Shown here: piece by piece, positions 22,488 through 36,600 of the stretch
Layout: every line of letters begins with the position of its first letter
Position numbering within the stretch: position 1 is the first letter of the stretch
Assembly: GCA_043228905.1 (NCBI GenBank)
Contig: JBHGNT010000001.1
Location: 18,042,001-18,106,000, forward strand
Source: Azolla caroliniana
Taxonomy: Eukaryota > Plantae > Polypodiophyta
Reading direction: 5' to 3'
Length of the DNA stretch: 64,000 nucleotides
The notes under the pieces: generated by a model
What the model was told of the DNA's origin: nothing
Databases searched by the model: none
What the model saw: only the letters and a program-made list of their open reading frames with translations
Program-made: the position numbers and the translations under genes

Positions 22488-25400
22488 TGCCATTCTTGTT
22501 CTTCGTGGATATTTAGATTATATTACTGCAATGAGGAGCGTTGCACTGGGTTTCATCACACGTCTATTTATGCAATTTTTGCTCTCTCGGAACATGGATG
22601 ATATGGTAATCCTTTTCACGTTTTATTATAATGATGGTTTGTGACGAGAAATTCCTCCAGAACGACCAAGAGAAATGAGAGAAATGAACGGATGAATTGA
22701 ATTCGAGATGGAACATATCAATAAATGATAGAAATCGATACATGGGAGAGGAAGAGAGACGAAGGAATAAATCCAATAAATGATTGAAATGGTGACATGG
22801 ATAGTCAAAAGAAAGGAACCAATATTCCTATTGTTCACTAAGAAAATAATGACACTACCAATTCTCGCATAGATCTCTGTCTGGATAAGCTGAGTATCCT
22901 CCAAGTACGATGATGCCACATGTGTAGCAAAAAGCCAAGTATCTGTGAACGTTTACAGTGTCCCAGATGGAGAGCTCTATCAAGGAGTAACCACCTGGGT
23001 CGAGACAAATGGCTTCCTCATCTGTGGCAATGCATATATATCTTTGAACATTTAGAGCATCCGATATGGAGAGCTCTATCAAGGAGTAATCACCTAGGTC
23101 GAGACAAATGGCCTACTATCACCAGACATCCTTGATTTGTGCTTGTGAATGATGCATCTATGCATCCACAGCCTGCCTCTCAGAAGAGTCTTTTTATGGC
23201 TACAAGCCACATATCTCTTCATTTAGGTCGTTGCTATGCACTATACATAAGCTTCTGTTATAGTTTCCTTCGTTTAAATAGATTCATGGTGTACTATAGG
23301 GATATACTCGTGCTATCAATCAACCTTCACAATGAGTTTTTTTCTGAAATCATGCTTGCAACCTCAATAGAAAGAGGGAAAACGATGCCTTCATTGTATA
23401 TATATCTTTGCTAAATGATAGTTTTCTTTCATTTTATACATCATTACATTGTTGTTTTACTTGTTGGGTGATGGTTTCCATCATTTAATGATTCAGTGCT
23501 TGGTATTTTTACTTATGCTGTGTACTAACATCTATACTTTCTTTTTGGTCGAGTGTTTGAAAGCGTTCTTACAGCCAAGAGAGTTTGAGTGGAAGAGAGA
23601 ATCTTGTATATATCATTGTTATGCTATAGACCTGTCTTCCTTGATTGCTTCCTTCCTTATTGTATATATTATTATTATGTAATAAATATAATTTTTATGA
23701 TAGTTTCTTTGATTCTCTGCCTTGTTGCTACAATATAGACTTTTATTTCCCTTCTTATCAATGATATGCCAAGGCGATATGTATCTAGGGATTCAACTTG
23801 CACATGATAATAAACGATAATGGTTCTATTCAACTTGCAACTATAGATCTGTTTCTATAATGGTTCTCTTCGTTTTATGTTTTGTATCTATTCAGCATAC
23901 CTGTGCTGAATAAAGGTTACCTTCATTGTACATCTCATCATTGCCACAGCCTAGTGTTGTGTAATGGTTTTCTTCAGTGAAAATATCACTGCGATTCCAT
24001 AGGACTGTATGCTATAATGTTCACCTCGATGATGGCTTTCTTGTGTAAAGTTTTCTTACAACTCTCAGCTTATGTCGTTTGTAAACATAGTCTTTTTCTT
24101 TGAAATAGAATCCTTCCTTCTGAGGAATTCTGTATTATTGAGGGACCTGAAACTGTGATGGACTTTGCCTTTCTACAACTACAAGAGATTCAAGATAACA
24201 TAAAAAGCCGTAGAAATGCCATTTTTCTTCTACTTGAGGAGGCAAGTATATGCCACTGTTGAGTCAGTTTCCTTTTTCCTTTTTCCTTTTTTCCCTGTTG
24301 ATGGCATTATCAGAACTTAGCCTTTTTATAACATTAGAAAAAATTGTCATAAAGGTTCGGAGGCTTCGAATTCAACTGAAGCTCAAATCCATGGAAGAAC
24401 AATCAGTGGGAATGGAAGAAGAGGAGCCAGAGTATAAGTCATTTATACCGTTTTTACCTCTTATGGTGAGAGCATAAAGCCTAGAAAGCTGAAAATCCTC
24501 GTAACATTTCTTACTATGAGAGATTTTCTTATGTTGCATTGAGTGATGTAACAACTCACCATGTATACATACACTAATTATGTTGATGTTATCATAGACC
24601 CCGGCCACGTTGAGACAATACTATGCTACATGCTTAATGCTCATGATTGCAATTATCCTGTTTGGTGGGCTTATTGCTCCCCTGGTAAGATGTTATCACT
24701 TTTTATTTTTATTTTGTTCATGCTTTTAAAATGATGGCGATGTATGATTATATGTATTGTTTATATTGTTTATGTGCAGCTAGAACTAAAACTTGGGATT
24801 GGAGGAACCTCTTATAGGGATTTCATTATCAATGTTCATCTCCCACTGCAGTTGAGGTGATGTTTTGTGTTTAGGCTTTCATTGTGTTCTTAAAAAAAGA
24901 AAAAGTTTTTTCAAGAGATTTCTGGAAATATTATTGCTGTGGTCAATGCAGCCAGGTGGATCCTATTGTTGCCTCCTTTTCTGGTGGTGCAGTCGGAGTC
25001 ATATCTTCCTTTATGATCATAGAAATCAATAATGTAAAACAACAAGAGAAGATGAGATGCCGATATTGTAATGGAACTGGTAGGAAAGTTTTATTATCCT
25101 TGTTGTTCATGATGATCCAGATTTTATTATTCTTGTTATTCATAGAGATCTAGAATTTCTGCTTTTTGTTCATGGTGATCTAGAATTTGTGTCCAAAACA
25201 TGCAATCATTGAAAGTCATATACACACACATATCAATGTGAGAAATCTAGGATAAGGAATAACTCTCCAATAAGTCAACTGAGCACTTTGACATGCATGT
25301 CGTTGTGCAAAAGCCATAACTATTTTGTTATGAGTATCTTGTTACAATGTCAATAGTTGTCAGCTCATTCTTTGCTTGTCCAGACTACCATTTTGCAAGA

Positions 25401-26557
25401 GACCTACTCTTAAACCCTAAACCCGAAATTCTGAGCTTGTCATTATCATGTTGTTTGTCATTACAGAGAACATATTATGCTATCTGGAGGGCATTAGGAA
25501 TGATGATGATCAGTGCACTGTTATCATTTATTATCATTATGATAAATGGCATGTAATGCTGCATCGATGGCATTTTTAATGATAATGACTGATGCTCCAT
25601 TCTCATTGTCATGTTTTTGTACCATCATATTAGAATTAAAGTTTTCTTCTCTCGTAGGCTATCTAGCATGTGCCCGTTGTTCAGCAACCGGTTTTCAAGT
25701 GTCTAACATTGTTAATGGAAAGGGTCTTGAATCCGAAAGGTGCTCTATTTGCTCGGGAACAGCGAAGGTAAATTTCTCAACAGAATTGTTTGTGAATTCA
25801 TGTATTATCTTTTGTTAATTTGCATTGTGATCAACAAAATTTTTCATTAAATCATTTATTATCTTTTGTGAGCGGAATTTCATTTAACAAGACCTTTCGT
25901 GAGTTCATTTATAATTAGAGAACTTGCATTGTATTCAACAAATAATTAGAATTCAATAACTTTGTTTGAATTCATCAATGATGTTAGTGCTTGCATGCAT
26001 TCAACAAAAGTTTTTGTAGATGAATAAGTTTTTATGAATTCGTGTATGTGATCTTAGTGAGCTTGCATCGCATTCAACAAAACTTTGTTGTAGATGATTA
26101 TCTTCTTTCAAATTCATTTATTATCTCTCACCTTAAGGATCTTGCATTTACAATTCAAGGAAAGCTTTTGTGAATTCATCTATGACCATAGTGAATTTGT
26201 ATTGCATTCAAGAAAACTTTTTTCAATTCATCTATAAACTATTGCACTTGATGAAACTATTTGTGAATTCATTTATGATGTTTGTGAACTTGCATTGCAT
26301 TCAAGAAACTGTGAATTCATGTTGATTACCGCATTTTGTTTTTCTTTTCACTGAATGGGAATGGTGGTGGGAGTTGAAATCCCGGCCTATGGCTTAGAGG
26401 TTAAGGGCCCAAACAAAGTAGCAAATCTGGGAAGGAAACTTCAAATAAGAAGGAAAATGGTCTTTGAAAATGTGTGCAGGTGATGTGCCCAACTTGTTTT
26501 TGTACGGGAATGACCATGGCAAATGAGAGCAACCCTCGATTCGATCCATTTGATTGA
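22232..26557 (+). CDS. OR: ORANGE-family DnaJ-type zinc-finger chaperone, chloroplast-targeted. Exons 22232-22404, 24109-24241, 24355-24465, 24598-24684, 24780-24856, 24952-25079, 25658-25767, 26480-26557 (298 aa)
   Basis: The spliced exons are in phase and give FCIIEGPETV.DFA...EIQDNIKSRRN.IFL..EEVRRLRIQ, FGGLIAP.LELKLGIGGTSY.DFI, QVDPIVASFSGGAVGVIS, the CxxCxGxG-like repeats and the terminal DPFD. Exon 1 resembles a transit peptide. Confidence 0.95.
22454..22484. repeat. (TA)n microsatellite in OR intron 1
   Basis: Direct observation. Confidence 0.95.
25785..26330. repeat. Degenerate minisatellite of about 50-55 bp in the last OR intron
   Basis: TTTGTGAATTCAT...TTGCATTG.ATTCAA.AAAA recurs about 8-10 times. 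Confidence 0.7.
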
Positions 26558-29262
26558 CAATGTCATATGACAAACATAAATTATAATTATTTGATTGGGA
26601 TCATTGTGTATTTATCCTTCCAAAATTTATTTCATGTGTTTGATTCTATAATGAATTCATTAAAACACCTCTAGACATACATGTTACAAATAAAGATTTT
26701 ATTGATGGTTTTTGTGAAGAATTAGGCAATTAAGCAAGGGTTAATTAGTACCTAATTATGTGATTAAGTTAAGCGGAAGATTAAGTGATATGTGTGTGTA
26801 TGTGTGTGAGAGGAAGAGATTGAGGAAGTTAACACTTATGAACAATGAGATAAGATGGGGGATGATTAACTATATTAAAAAGCATAATCAAATACAACAA
26901 TACCCATAATGAGGTATATATACATCTCAAAGGTGCACATGTGTGAGTAGAATATATGTACAACCGTGTAAGTCCTATATTAAATGAACATGGGAGTGGA
27001 GGATCTACAATGTATCTCACTTAAGTACAAAATCTTATTTAAGGCTTTAAGGTCAACACACTAACTAGATTTTATATAGGAAACTATTAAGTTACGTGTG
27101 TTGACTAACTAACTAAACTATGTTGAGCTTGATATCTCAACAATTTTCACCATAATGGAAGCCTTACAATGTTTTGTAGGTGTGTTACGGTGATATAAAA
27201 TGTTTCTTCAAGTTGGTTAGGCCTAGTAATGTTTGCAAGTTGTCATTGAGATTGATTTTGGTGAGTAAAATAACATGAACTTGAGATTGTTTTTTGGTTG
27301 TATTTCATAATTTGTGTATAGTGTATATTGTGTTCAATTCATATTCCATGTGAGAAACTTAAGAGTAACATAACAACAATTGAGAAGAATTGAGACAACC
27401 AATTAGAAGAATAAAAAAAGCAATAAAAGAGGGTATAGAGATGCCCTTTGATATCACACGATTGTAGCCAACATTTAATGAGTGCCATAATGAGAATCAA
27501 AGGTGTATGCAAGTTTTCTTGTCCTTAGTGAACTCTTATGTATTTCACTTTTATTGTTTACTAATACTAGTTGATGAATCAAATCTAAGAAAGCATGGGT
27601 ATTAGAGGGCAATCTATGGCTTATGGAGTACTTTGTGTATTCTTGTGCATCGTGTGTGTGTGTGTATACAAAGACAATTTGGACCCTTTAGCATTCTTCA
27701 ATGCCATATAAAGATTTGCCTAGAGTGGCTTCAAACTTTAATTTGGTGTCTTGGACCATCTCAAGCATTTAGCCAATGTTGTTTAGAAAAATTTACACGA
27801 CAACTATTGGTTTATGATTTGAAAAGAAATATGTGTATATGCAAGCAATTACATAGTTAAAGCTTTAATTCACTCATTCTTGCTGTATTTCACTAATAAG
27901 TGGATTGTTTCTTTTGTGAGTCTCATAGTAAAAGTTTTGGTTCACTCCATTCTTGTTGTCTTCACTAATAAGTGCATTGTTTCTTTTGTGAGTTTGCATC
28001 AAAGGCTTCTTACATAAACCTCAAAAGGTTTAAGTACCAAAGTCAAGAATAAATGATTGATATTCCATGTCCAATTCATGGCTTTGATGTGTAGGCAATT
28101 TGAACTTGGGAAGTTCTTTACTATGGCGATTTGACAAAAACACTCAAGAACAAGTAAAAACTCATGAGACTTCAACAAAGCTTCGTTTTTGCCTACCAAC
28201 AATTTTTTACTCATTAAATTTTGTTTCTCTTATTCTCAATTTGTACTTCTCTTATATTTTTGTTCTCCAAATAGCATAAAAAATAGAATTAAAAATAGCA
28301 TAAAAAATGAGCAACATGAAAAAACTATTGTCGATGACAAATCTCGAGATGCAACAAACTCATCAATTATGAATACATCAATTTTCCTATATGCAAGATT
28401 GGCGTCCTTTAGTGAGCAAAGTGGACCATGTTGCTTCTACTAAACCTTAAGTGCTTGGGTGTTTTGCACTACAAAGATGACACCTCTAAAAAATGTTGAA
28501 ACATTGATCTTTTGGGGAAATTGAAGGAACTCATAAAGGATCAATATGGGAAATTGTAAATCCTCTTTTTCCAAAAAGAGTTTCTACAATTTAAACAAAA
28601 AAAAACATCACCTTTGGGATGGTTAAGAGAAATGCTTCATGGGGGTCCTCTTTTTTATCCAATCTTACAAATACTCTTTTAAACTTGAAGACTAAGATAT
28701 TTACCAAATGTTTAGTGGCTTATTCAAGGCTTGAGTGTCAATTGCTACTAACAAGGTCTAATGCAAGAGATGACAATTTTAGACAATGCAATTAGCTTTG
28801 CTCGAATATATGGTTGTGGAGATGATTCCAAATTCAAGAGAATTCCATCAAAATGAGTTTTTAGAGTTCCAATGCTATGTCTAAATTTGTCGAGTGTTTT
28901 TTTTTATAATATGACCAATCGAATGAAAAAACCATTGTTCCTTTGATGACAATTATTTTTGTGGATGGGTTTCTAATATCTGGGTCTAAACTCGACCCGA
29001 TAATTCACAACTTCTGGTCCGCAAGGAAGTAAGTTAGTTCTCGAGTCGATGGGTCTTATCAAAACCCAATGAGTTGCTTTCGTCGTGCAATCACATGTTT
29101 CACCGACTTTTAACACACCTAGTGTTGCCTAACTGATTAGGGGGTAGTTAATAACTTGGCTAATCCCACTAATACTTGGATAAGGTATCATCATCTCTTG
29201 AAATACTTTGGATCCAGGATCCTGAAGATGATTCTTCCATAGCCATTATTATTTCCTTCAAC

Positions 29263-32200
29263 ATGAATGTTTTCATGAAAGTACCCACAACTGTATTGCT
29301 GCCTTCATCATCACAAGCATTCTCACCATCATGTGGTAGTTCTTCTTCGGCTTCAAAGTTAAGGTTTTGGAGGATCAATGGCTTTGTGGATTGTGTGCAT
29401 TTTCGCAGAAAACTCACAACCCATCTCAGACTTCGTCCTCCCAGACCCTGTTTCCTTGTTTCTTTTTCTATTGGGATGGATATGGAGGAGAATTTGGATA
29501 CTGAAACTCTAGAAGAAGAAGCAGATGAAGATAAAGACTTCTCTCAGAAAAAGAAGAAGAATGCATCTGATCTTACACTTGAGCTTCTTCAATGGCCTCG
29601 ACTTTTGGAGATTCTCTCTTCTTTCTCTGGCACTTCATCTTCTAAAGAAATCATCCAAGTAAGTGATTTCCATATTCATACTTCAGTTTCTGACTATATG
29701 GAGATGTAAAAGAAAGTAAACTTATTTTCCATACTGTAGGCTCTTTGCATGAAACTTAATAGTACCTATATTTTATTTTATTTTCAATCAAGTTATACCT
29801 GATTATGATCAAAATGAACACATCAGGAAGCTCGAATGAATCATACCTAACCATTGGAGAGCAAACATGGAAGATTCCAATGTTTGAAACATTTCATTAT
29901 AAAAGGTCATAATGTTGAAATATTCTGACATGATATGAATGGTTATAGGGGTTAAACAACACAGCATATTGGAAATCATATGGATTTTGGGTTTTTTTTA
30001 TTAGGAAATTGTTATTTCGGAATCAAATCTCTTTTCAATGTAGGATCGATGGTAACTATGGATGATAAATAACGATGATAAGAGTTCCAGATGTAATTCT
30101 ACTTTCTATGAGCGTACACATAATCATACATTAATGGTGTTAATTAATCCCTATGTAAGTATATGTATGCAATGGGGTACAAATTTTACCTTCCATTTGG
30201 TGGTATGTTTGCATTTCAAGATATTAATTTGCTGTTTAATCAAGCCATAAAAGATTTTTGAACATTCAAAACTTGTATTGTATTTGCGAATTCAGAGATT
30301 TGGAGATTTGTAGAGATGATCATGTTGACTTTACATCAGTCTTTTTGAGTTTTACCCCATGGATTGCCCAGTTTTTTATTTTTCCTTTTCTGGCCACACC
30401 TCGATGCTGAATTATATTCATGGCCTTTGTATTCTATGTTTATATACGTGTATTAAATAGAAATTATACATGGAGATAATAAATTATACTTTTTTTTTTG
30501 GTTTTTGAATTGAATAAAGAGAAAAACATTTGCTTTCTGATAAGATGATATTATGAATACCTGCGGCTCCTAGATCAGAATGTCTTTGGTGATGATTGGA
30601 TTTTGATAGTTAAAATGATGATTCCATATTGCACAGAGTTCCACACTTCCTTCCACCCAGAGTGAAAGTGAGAATCTTCTCTTAGAGACAACTGCAGCTA
30701 TAGATCTTCTCGCATTTTTGGGAAGTAGCCTTGGCTTTGCAGGCGTTGAATCAAAGTTGGTGAGCACTAGCACAAATCCTTAAACAACTTATTCTCAATA
30801 ATTGAGAGAAATAGTCTTGACTCGAAATGGTTTTATATGCGCGTTTTGTTCATGTAGGTAAATTCGTGTATTATTCGCTTGCAAAAGGGTTTTGTCATTA
30901 ATGGAAAAGAAGCGGTAGCTATTCTCATGTTATTCCAGTTCACAGATACCGTACGGCGTGATATAAAGATGGGCATGGAGCAGAACTTGCTTTCAAACAA
31001 TGCTCTGAATATCTTCTTAGAGACAGTAAAGAAAAGCTAACTCTATTTGAATTAGAGTTTTTACAATTATGCTTCGATTTGCTTAGCATTACTCAAAAAT
31101 GCTTGTTGCTTTTTGCAGATATGTACCCTTGGCTCTCAGCCAGAAGTCACAAAATCTATCATGAAGACGGTGGATGAGGATGGAAATGTGAAGGACAGTG
31201 CGGTATGGTCTGAAAATGCTCTTCTACTAAATTATTTTAAAAATCATGATTAGGTTATTAAACTCGGCAAAGTATATATTAAATTACATAAGTTTTACAA
31301 AGTATATGTGTAAAACAACAGCAAGTTTGTTAAATGGGACTGATTCATTGAATGTAGAGTTGACATTTTACCACAGAGTGCCGAATTACAGAGAGCTAGG
31401 GTTCAGTATCGATTGCTTCAAACCAAGGTGAGCATTTGAATTTGATAAGATTTTAAGGATTGGGTATATTTGAGTAGAATGTATTAATGCCTATTTGGTA
31501 AGTTTTTATGGTTTTAAGATTGGCTAGGTTTCAGGTTCAAGATCTACTGAGGAGCATTATTAAGGATCAAGAAGGCAGTGTAACCACACAGGTTTTTTTT
31601 GTGTGTTTTTGTTTTTGACCGATGATGCTTTTTCACTTGAAAAGATGAAAAATGAAAAATGAATTGTCATATTAAAGCAATTCCCTATTATAAATAAACT
31701 TTCTAGGAAGTGGATGGAAGGTATTGCATTGCTGTGTCTAGCGAGAATCAGAACACCTTTCCAGGTTTACTTCTTCAAAGGTTAGAATTATTTATTTATC
31801 CCTTCATTTCAAGAGAAATATATCCTATTCTGGGTGATGCCATCTCTAGGTTGCTGTTATTACTTTATTTTGACCATCATTTTGTTTTTGCTACATGAGC
31901 TTTGAGCAATGTAAACAATGTCTCAAAAAAGAGACAAAATAGATGTAACCAATGAATGAATAGTGGCCACTATACAGTAGAGTCAATCCACTTGGATCAT
32001 AAACAATGGAGTGACTAGCTCTCTCATTACAGGTTGCAGCTCTATACTTTAAACTAAGAATAAATAATTAGCAACAAATGGTTAGAGGTATCTGAAGATA
32101 TCCATGCAAGATTACGTGATAAACAGAAGAAATATGAGCATGCTTTAGTACTACGGAAAAAGCTAGATCTTTAAGGTCATGGAAGGAATATTTTCGTACT

Positions 32201-32514
32201 AACATGTTTTTTTATCTATAACAGTGGTGTTGGAGGATCTACAAGCTATATCGAGCCAGTTGCTCTTGTTTCAATGAATGACAAGCTTGCTGAAGCAAGA
32301 GCATCTATTTTGAAGGCAGAATATGAAGCGTTGAAGATTCTTACAAAGAAGGTTTGGTGAAAATGCAACTTATGCAGTTGATATATAGAATTTTGTTTTA
32401 TTATGTTGTTATAGTTTCTTTGGACAGCTCAATTTAATAGTGGATCCACTACAGTTGTTGCCTCATGTGGAGAATATAGCTGTTGTTCTAGAAGCGGTGA
32501 TCCAGCTTGACGTG
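29263..32514 (+). CDS. MutS2: Plastid MutS2-like endonuclease, 5' part. Exons 29263-29658, 30637-30759, 30858-31025, 31119-31202, 31377-31427, 31535-31591, 31707-31780, 32225-32351, 32455-32514; remainder not in window
   Basis: In-phase GT-AG exons give a transit-peptide-like N-terminus, then TLELLQWPRL..LSSFSGT, ESENLLLETTAA, VDEDGNVKDSASAELQRAR, VDGRYCI, GSTSYIEPVALVSMNDKL..AR and IQLDV. This is the motif order of the MutS2 N-terminal half. Confidence 0.85.
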
Positions 32515-33694
32515 GTATGATGGCGATGGTTGATGATGTTGCTATAATTTATATTCACAAATCAATGGATTCCGATCACTCGTGGTCTTTTCTTGTGCAT
32601 ACTGAAATCTTTTTTCTTCCAAGATATGATAAAAGTACTCATTCTAAAAATAAGTTATTGAGAAAGGAACTAGTCCTGTGTACAAAAAAGCAATTCGGAT
32701 GAACTTCTTGTACAATTGACTAGATCTCATCCAATGGAGAAAACTGAAAACGCACACAAAAGGGGCTGGCATAGAGCCACTTTGGTTGTCCATCTATCTA
32801 TATGTCCATTGGAGATATTAGGAGTTGAAAGTGCAAAAGAAAATGATGAGGTCTCGTGTTCTGAAGACGGTGTTCATTGTTGTCGCACCTGTAAAAGTGT
32901 GGGGAAAAATATCCCTGCACTTACTATTAATGAGGTAGATCTGACCTATAACCATCTTGCTTTTAGAGGTCCACATGTACCAAGCATGGATGGTCTATTA
33001 CAACTAGGAAAGTTAAAAATCTCAAACCAATTGAGTGGATACTTTCTGGGCAAAAAATAATTAGAACCTCACACTAGAGTTCCAATGTAGCTGTTGTCTA
33101 ATGATATCTCTGCCTCTGTTACAGGGTGGGTCAAAAAGGATTTTGTTGTTCATATCATCAAGTCTCAAGGTGGAAAAGCAGATGTTTGAATCTGGCATGT
33201 GTGATGGTCTTGACTAGAATGATCTTTTTTTTCTCTTTCATTGTAGCATCCGAGTTAGGTTCTACCTAATAGGTAGAGTTACGGGGCTGAGAAATAATGG
33301 GGGATTATAACATGGTATAACAAAAGAAGTTTATATTGAAATCTGAAATGAAAGACTAAGCTTATTTCTCGAAATTTCACCGTTTGGAACTTCCATCAAT
33401 TTGGTTCTGGGTCAATTAGGCAAGCAAAGAGCATGCCTAATGTTGTTGGCGATGTTCCTTGTTAGGAGTTCTTGGAAATCTAGTACAATTATTTTCTAGC
33501 TTTCAAGATGCAGTGAAGAGGGTAGCAAGGAGAGAGGGCGGAGGTGAGATGTATATGAACATGGAAAAATGGAAAAATCCAAGGCCCTCATGGCACCTGG
33601 AGCTCTACTTTGCTTTTGTGTGTAAGTTGTAACCTCACGCAGGAGAAAATGTGGCACAATTTTGCATTCAACCGTACAATTAGCACCCATACAT

Positions 33695-36600
33695 CATTAT
33701 TAGCGTCCAAGTTTGGAGCGCTCCGGACTGCGGTGTGTACAAGGGAGAATACCCCCTCATTCTTCGACTTACAGTCGATGCTCCTTGTAGAGGAGAACCA
33801 CGCCGGTGCATCTACCAGTGCATCCCCCGACAGCCGAATGCTGTACACGGGAACGGATCGGCTCCGTGGGCGTGGTGGAAGAGGTGGGTCGGCACTGTTA
33901 CCGGCCGGCAAGGAGTCCAAAATACGGAGTGAAAAAATTAATTAAGTATGGTTGTAAATAAGCATAGTGTGGACGGACGGACTGGAAACGGTATGCCATT
34001 CCAGATCCGGACGGATCCCGAATAGGTGCGATAGGCACCGTTTTGTACTACGGGCCGGAAACCTATTTAAAGGCCCGGACCCCATTGTAATTGCAGCGGA
34101 TAATTAATAGAGCATATGGTGTTTATACTTCTGTGTTGATTTCCGTTCTGTAATTATTGTTATATCTTACGCGTGTAATTAACAAAAGCGCTCTAATCGT
34201 GTAACCTACGTAAGTCGGTGTAATCGTTGAGTCATAATCCTATGCCGTAATCACCCTTTGGTGAAGTGTCTCCGTGACACCTTGTGTTAGGCCTTGTCCG
34301 GCCAGAGAATAACACAGTTTTGGCGAAGAGCAGGAATGGAGGCACTATGAGCGTGCCGACAACAGTTCCGGGACTTCCACAAGCAGGGGGAGTCAAGGCG
34401 GTGCCGGAGGCCGGCAAGACAAACCCGCTACGGAATGCTGGTACTGTGGCAAAAAAGGCCACAGGGAAAGCGAGTGCTGGAGAAAGCGTGCCGATTCGGA
34501 CAAATCCGGATTCGGCAAGACCGGTAAGGATGGCCGGCAAAACTTGCACTACGCAAACGGATCAGGAGGATCCGGAACTGGAAAGGCCGGTAAGGGGCCA
34601 GCCTTGGTGATGAATCACAAGGCAAACTCAATGAAGAAGTGTGGTATGTTGATTCCGGCGCGTCGAACCACATGACGAGCCACAAAGAGTGGTTCTCCTT
34701 TCTGGAGAAACCGGATCAACCAGGAGTAGTCGAAACCGGAGACGACACTCCTCACCCAATCGTGCACGTCAAAGAAGTCCCTCTAAGCCACGTCGGACAG
34801 AAAGGGAAGCTGATGAACGTATTACACGTTCCGACAATCACGAAGAACCTGGTGTCCGTCGGTCAGATTGTCGACCAGGGGATGCAGGTGTGGTTCACGC
34901 ACCTCGGGTGCTTCATTGAGGATGAGGGCGAAGTCATTGCGCAAGGGCGCAGAGACGGGAGGATGTTTATCCTCAACACCAATGACTTTGGTACCGCTCT
35001 GTTCGCGAAACAACAGAAGGTCGAGTCGGACATCGACCTGTGGCACAAGCGGATAGGCCACGTCAACTACCGGAGGCTTCAAGACCTGCAAACGAAACAA
35101 GTCGTTTTCGGTTTGCCGAAGTTCAGCGGCCGGAGAGCCGAAATCTGTGAAGCCTGCCAACTTGGGAAGCAACACCGGCTTCCATTCCCCACCGAACGGA
35201 ACCGGAGCCGTAACAAGCTCGATCTCATCCATTCGGATGTGTGGGGACCGGCACAAAGTGTAAGCCTTGGTGGGAGCCGGTACTTCGTCTCCTTCATCGA
35301 CGACTATACTCGATATACTTGGATCTACCTCATTGAGCGGAAGAGTGAAGTCTTCGACTGTTTCCGGAGCCTCCAGAAGATGGTGGAACGGGAATCGGAG
35401 AGGAAGACCAAATGCCTTCGGTCGGATGGCGGAAAGGAATATTTTTCCAGCCAATTCACTAGTTATTTGCAGCAGAAGGGAATTCGGCGAGAGTTCAGCT
35501 GTAGATACACACCGGAGCAAAATGGTGTGGCCGAAAGGAAGAACCGGACACTTGTCGAAGCGGCAAGGGCAATGCTAGAGGAAAAGAGCATGCCCCGGTT
35601 CTACTGGGCGGAGGCGGTCTAGACGGCCGTCTACATACAAAACTGCATTGGTGACAAGGTGTCAGCTCATGAGCTGTATTTCGGGTGCAAGCCGAACTTA
35701 AGACACCTTCGGATATTCGGCAACATAGCGTATGTGCATGTGCCGGATCAGAAGCGGAGAAAGCTGGATGCAAAATCGGAAAAATGCATCCTAGTCGGCT
35801 ATGCTCAAGAGCAAAAGGGGTATAAGTGCTATAACCCCCGGATGAAGGAAGTCCGAGTTAGCCGGGATGTCGAGTTCGATGAATCGGCATCCTGGTACTC
35901 CGTATCGACTCCGACTTCCGATCCCGACCCAATGCCGGAAGATCAGGCCAGTGAGCCTGAATCAGCCCTGGTAGAGGATGATGAAGCCGGGACTCAAGAT
36001 GAGAGTCCGGAATCGTTACGGTTGAGTGCACCGAATAAGCAACTGAGTCGGTTGGACCAGTTGGATGAAGAGATGGCAATTGGTGGAGACTCTGCCGTGC
36101 TCTCCCCGCGCAAGGAACCGAGGAAACGGTTCACGTGCAAAGAGAAGGGGAAGAGGAAGATGCCGGAATTCGAAACCGGCAACGATGAGTCGGATCGGTG
36201 CGTATCTGACTCCGGAAAGGAGAAAGGCGGATCTTCGGCAATGAAGACCGAACTAGCCAAGAAGGGCCTCAAATCAGGTGACGGTGCGTTGCGCCGATCA
36301 ACTCGCCAAAAGGATCCCGTCATGCGGTACGGGTACAATGAATACATGGCGCATCATTATGCGTACATGACGAAAGTGACAAAAGTGCCTGAGCCGGAGA
36401 GCTACGCAGAAGCGGCAAAGGACGCAAATTGGCGTGCCGCTATGGACGAAGAAATGCGGGCACTCGATGCCAACGAAACTTGGGACCTAGTTGATCCTCC
36501 CCATCACTGTAAACCGATCGGATGCAAGTGGGTGTACAAGGTCAAGTACAACGCCGACGGTACAAAGCCCGGTTAGTGGCGAAGGGATATGTGCAGACCC

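Noticed and set aside
22965-23115. Two-copy repeat of about 100 bp in OR intron 1 (similar duplication at 27870-27995)
   Set aside because: Simple local duplications without TIRs, TSDs or coding signal.
32716-33200. Possible further MutS2 exons
   Set aside because: No frame resembles the expected continuation (ARA.Y...HP.L or the P-loop).
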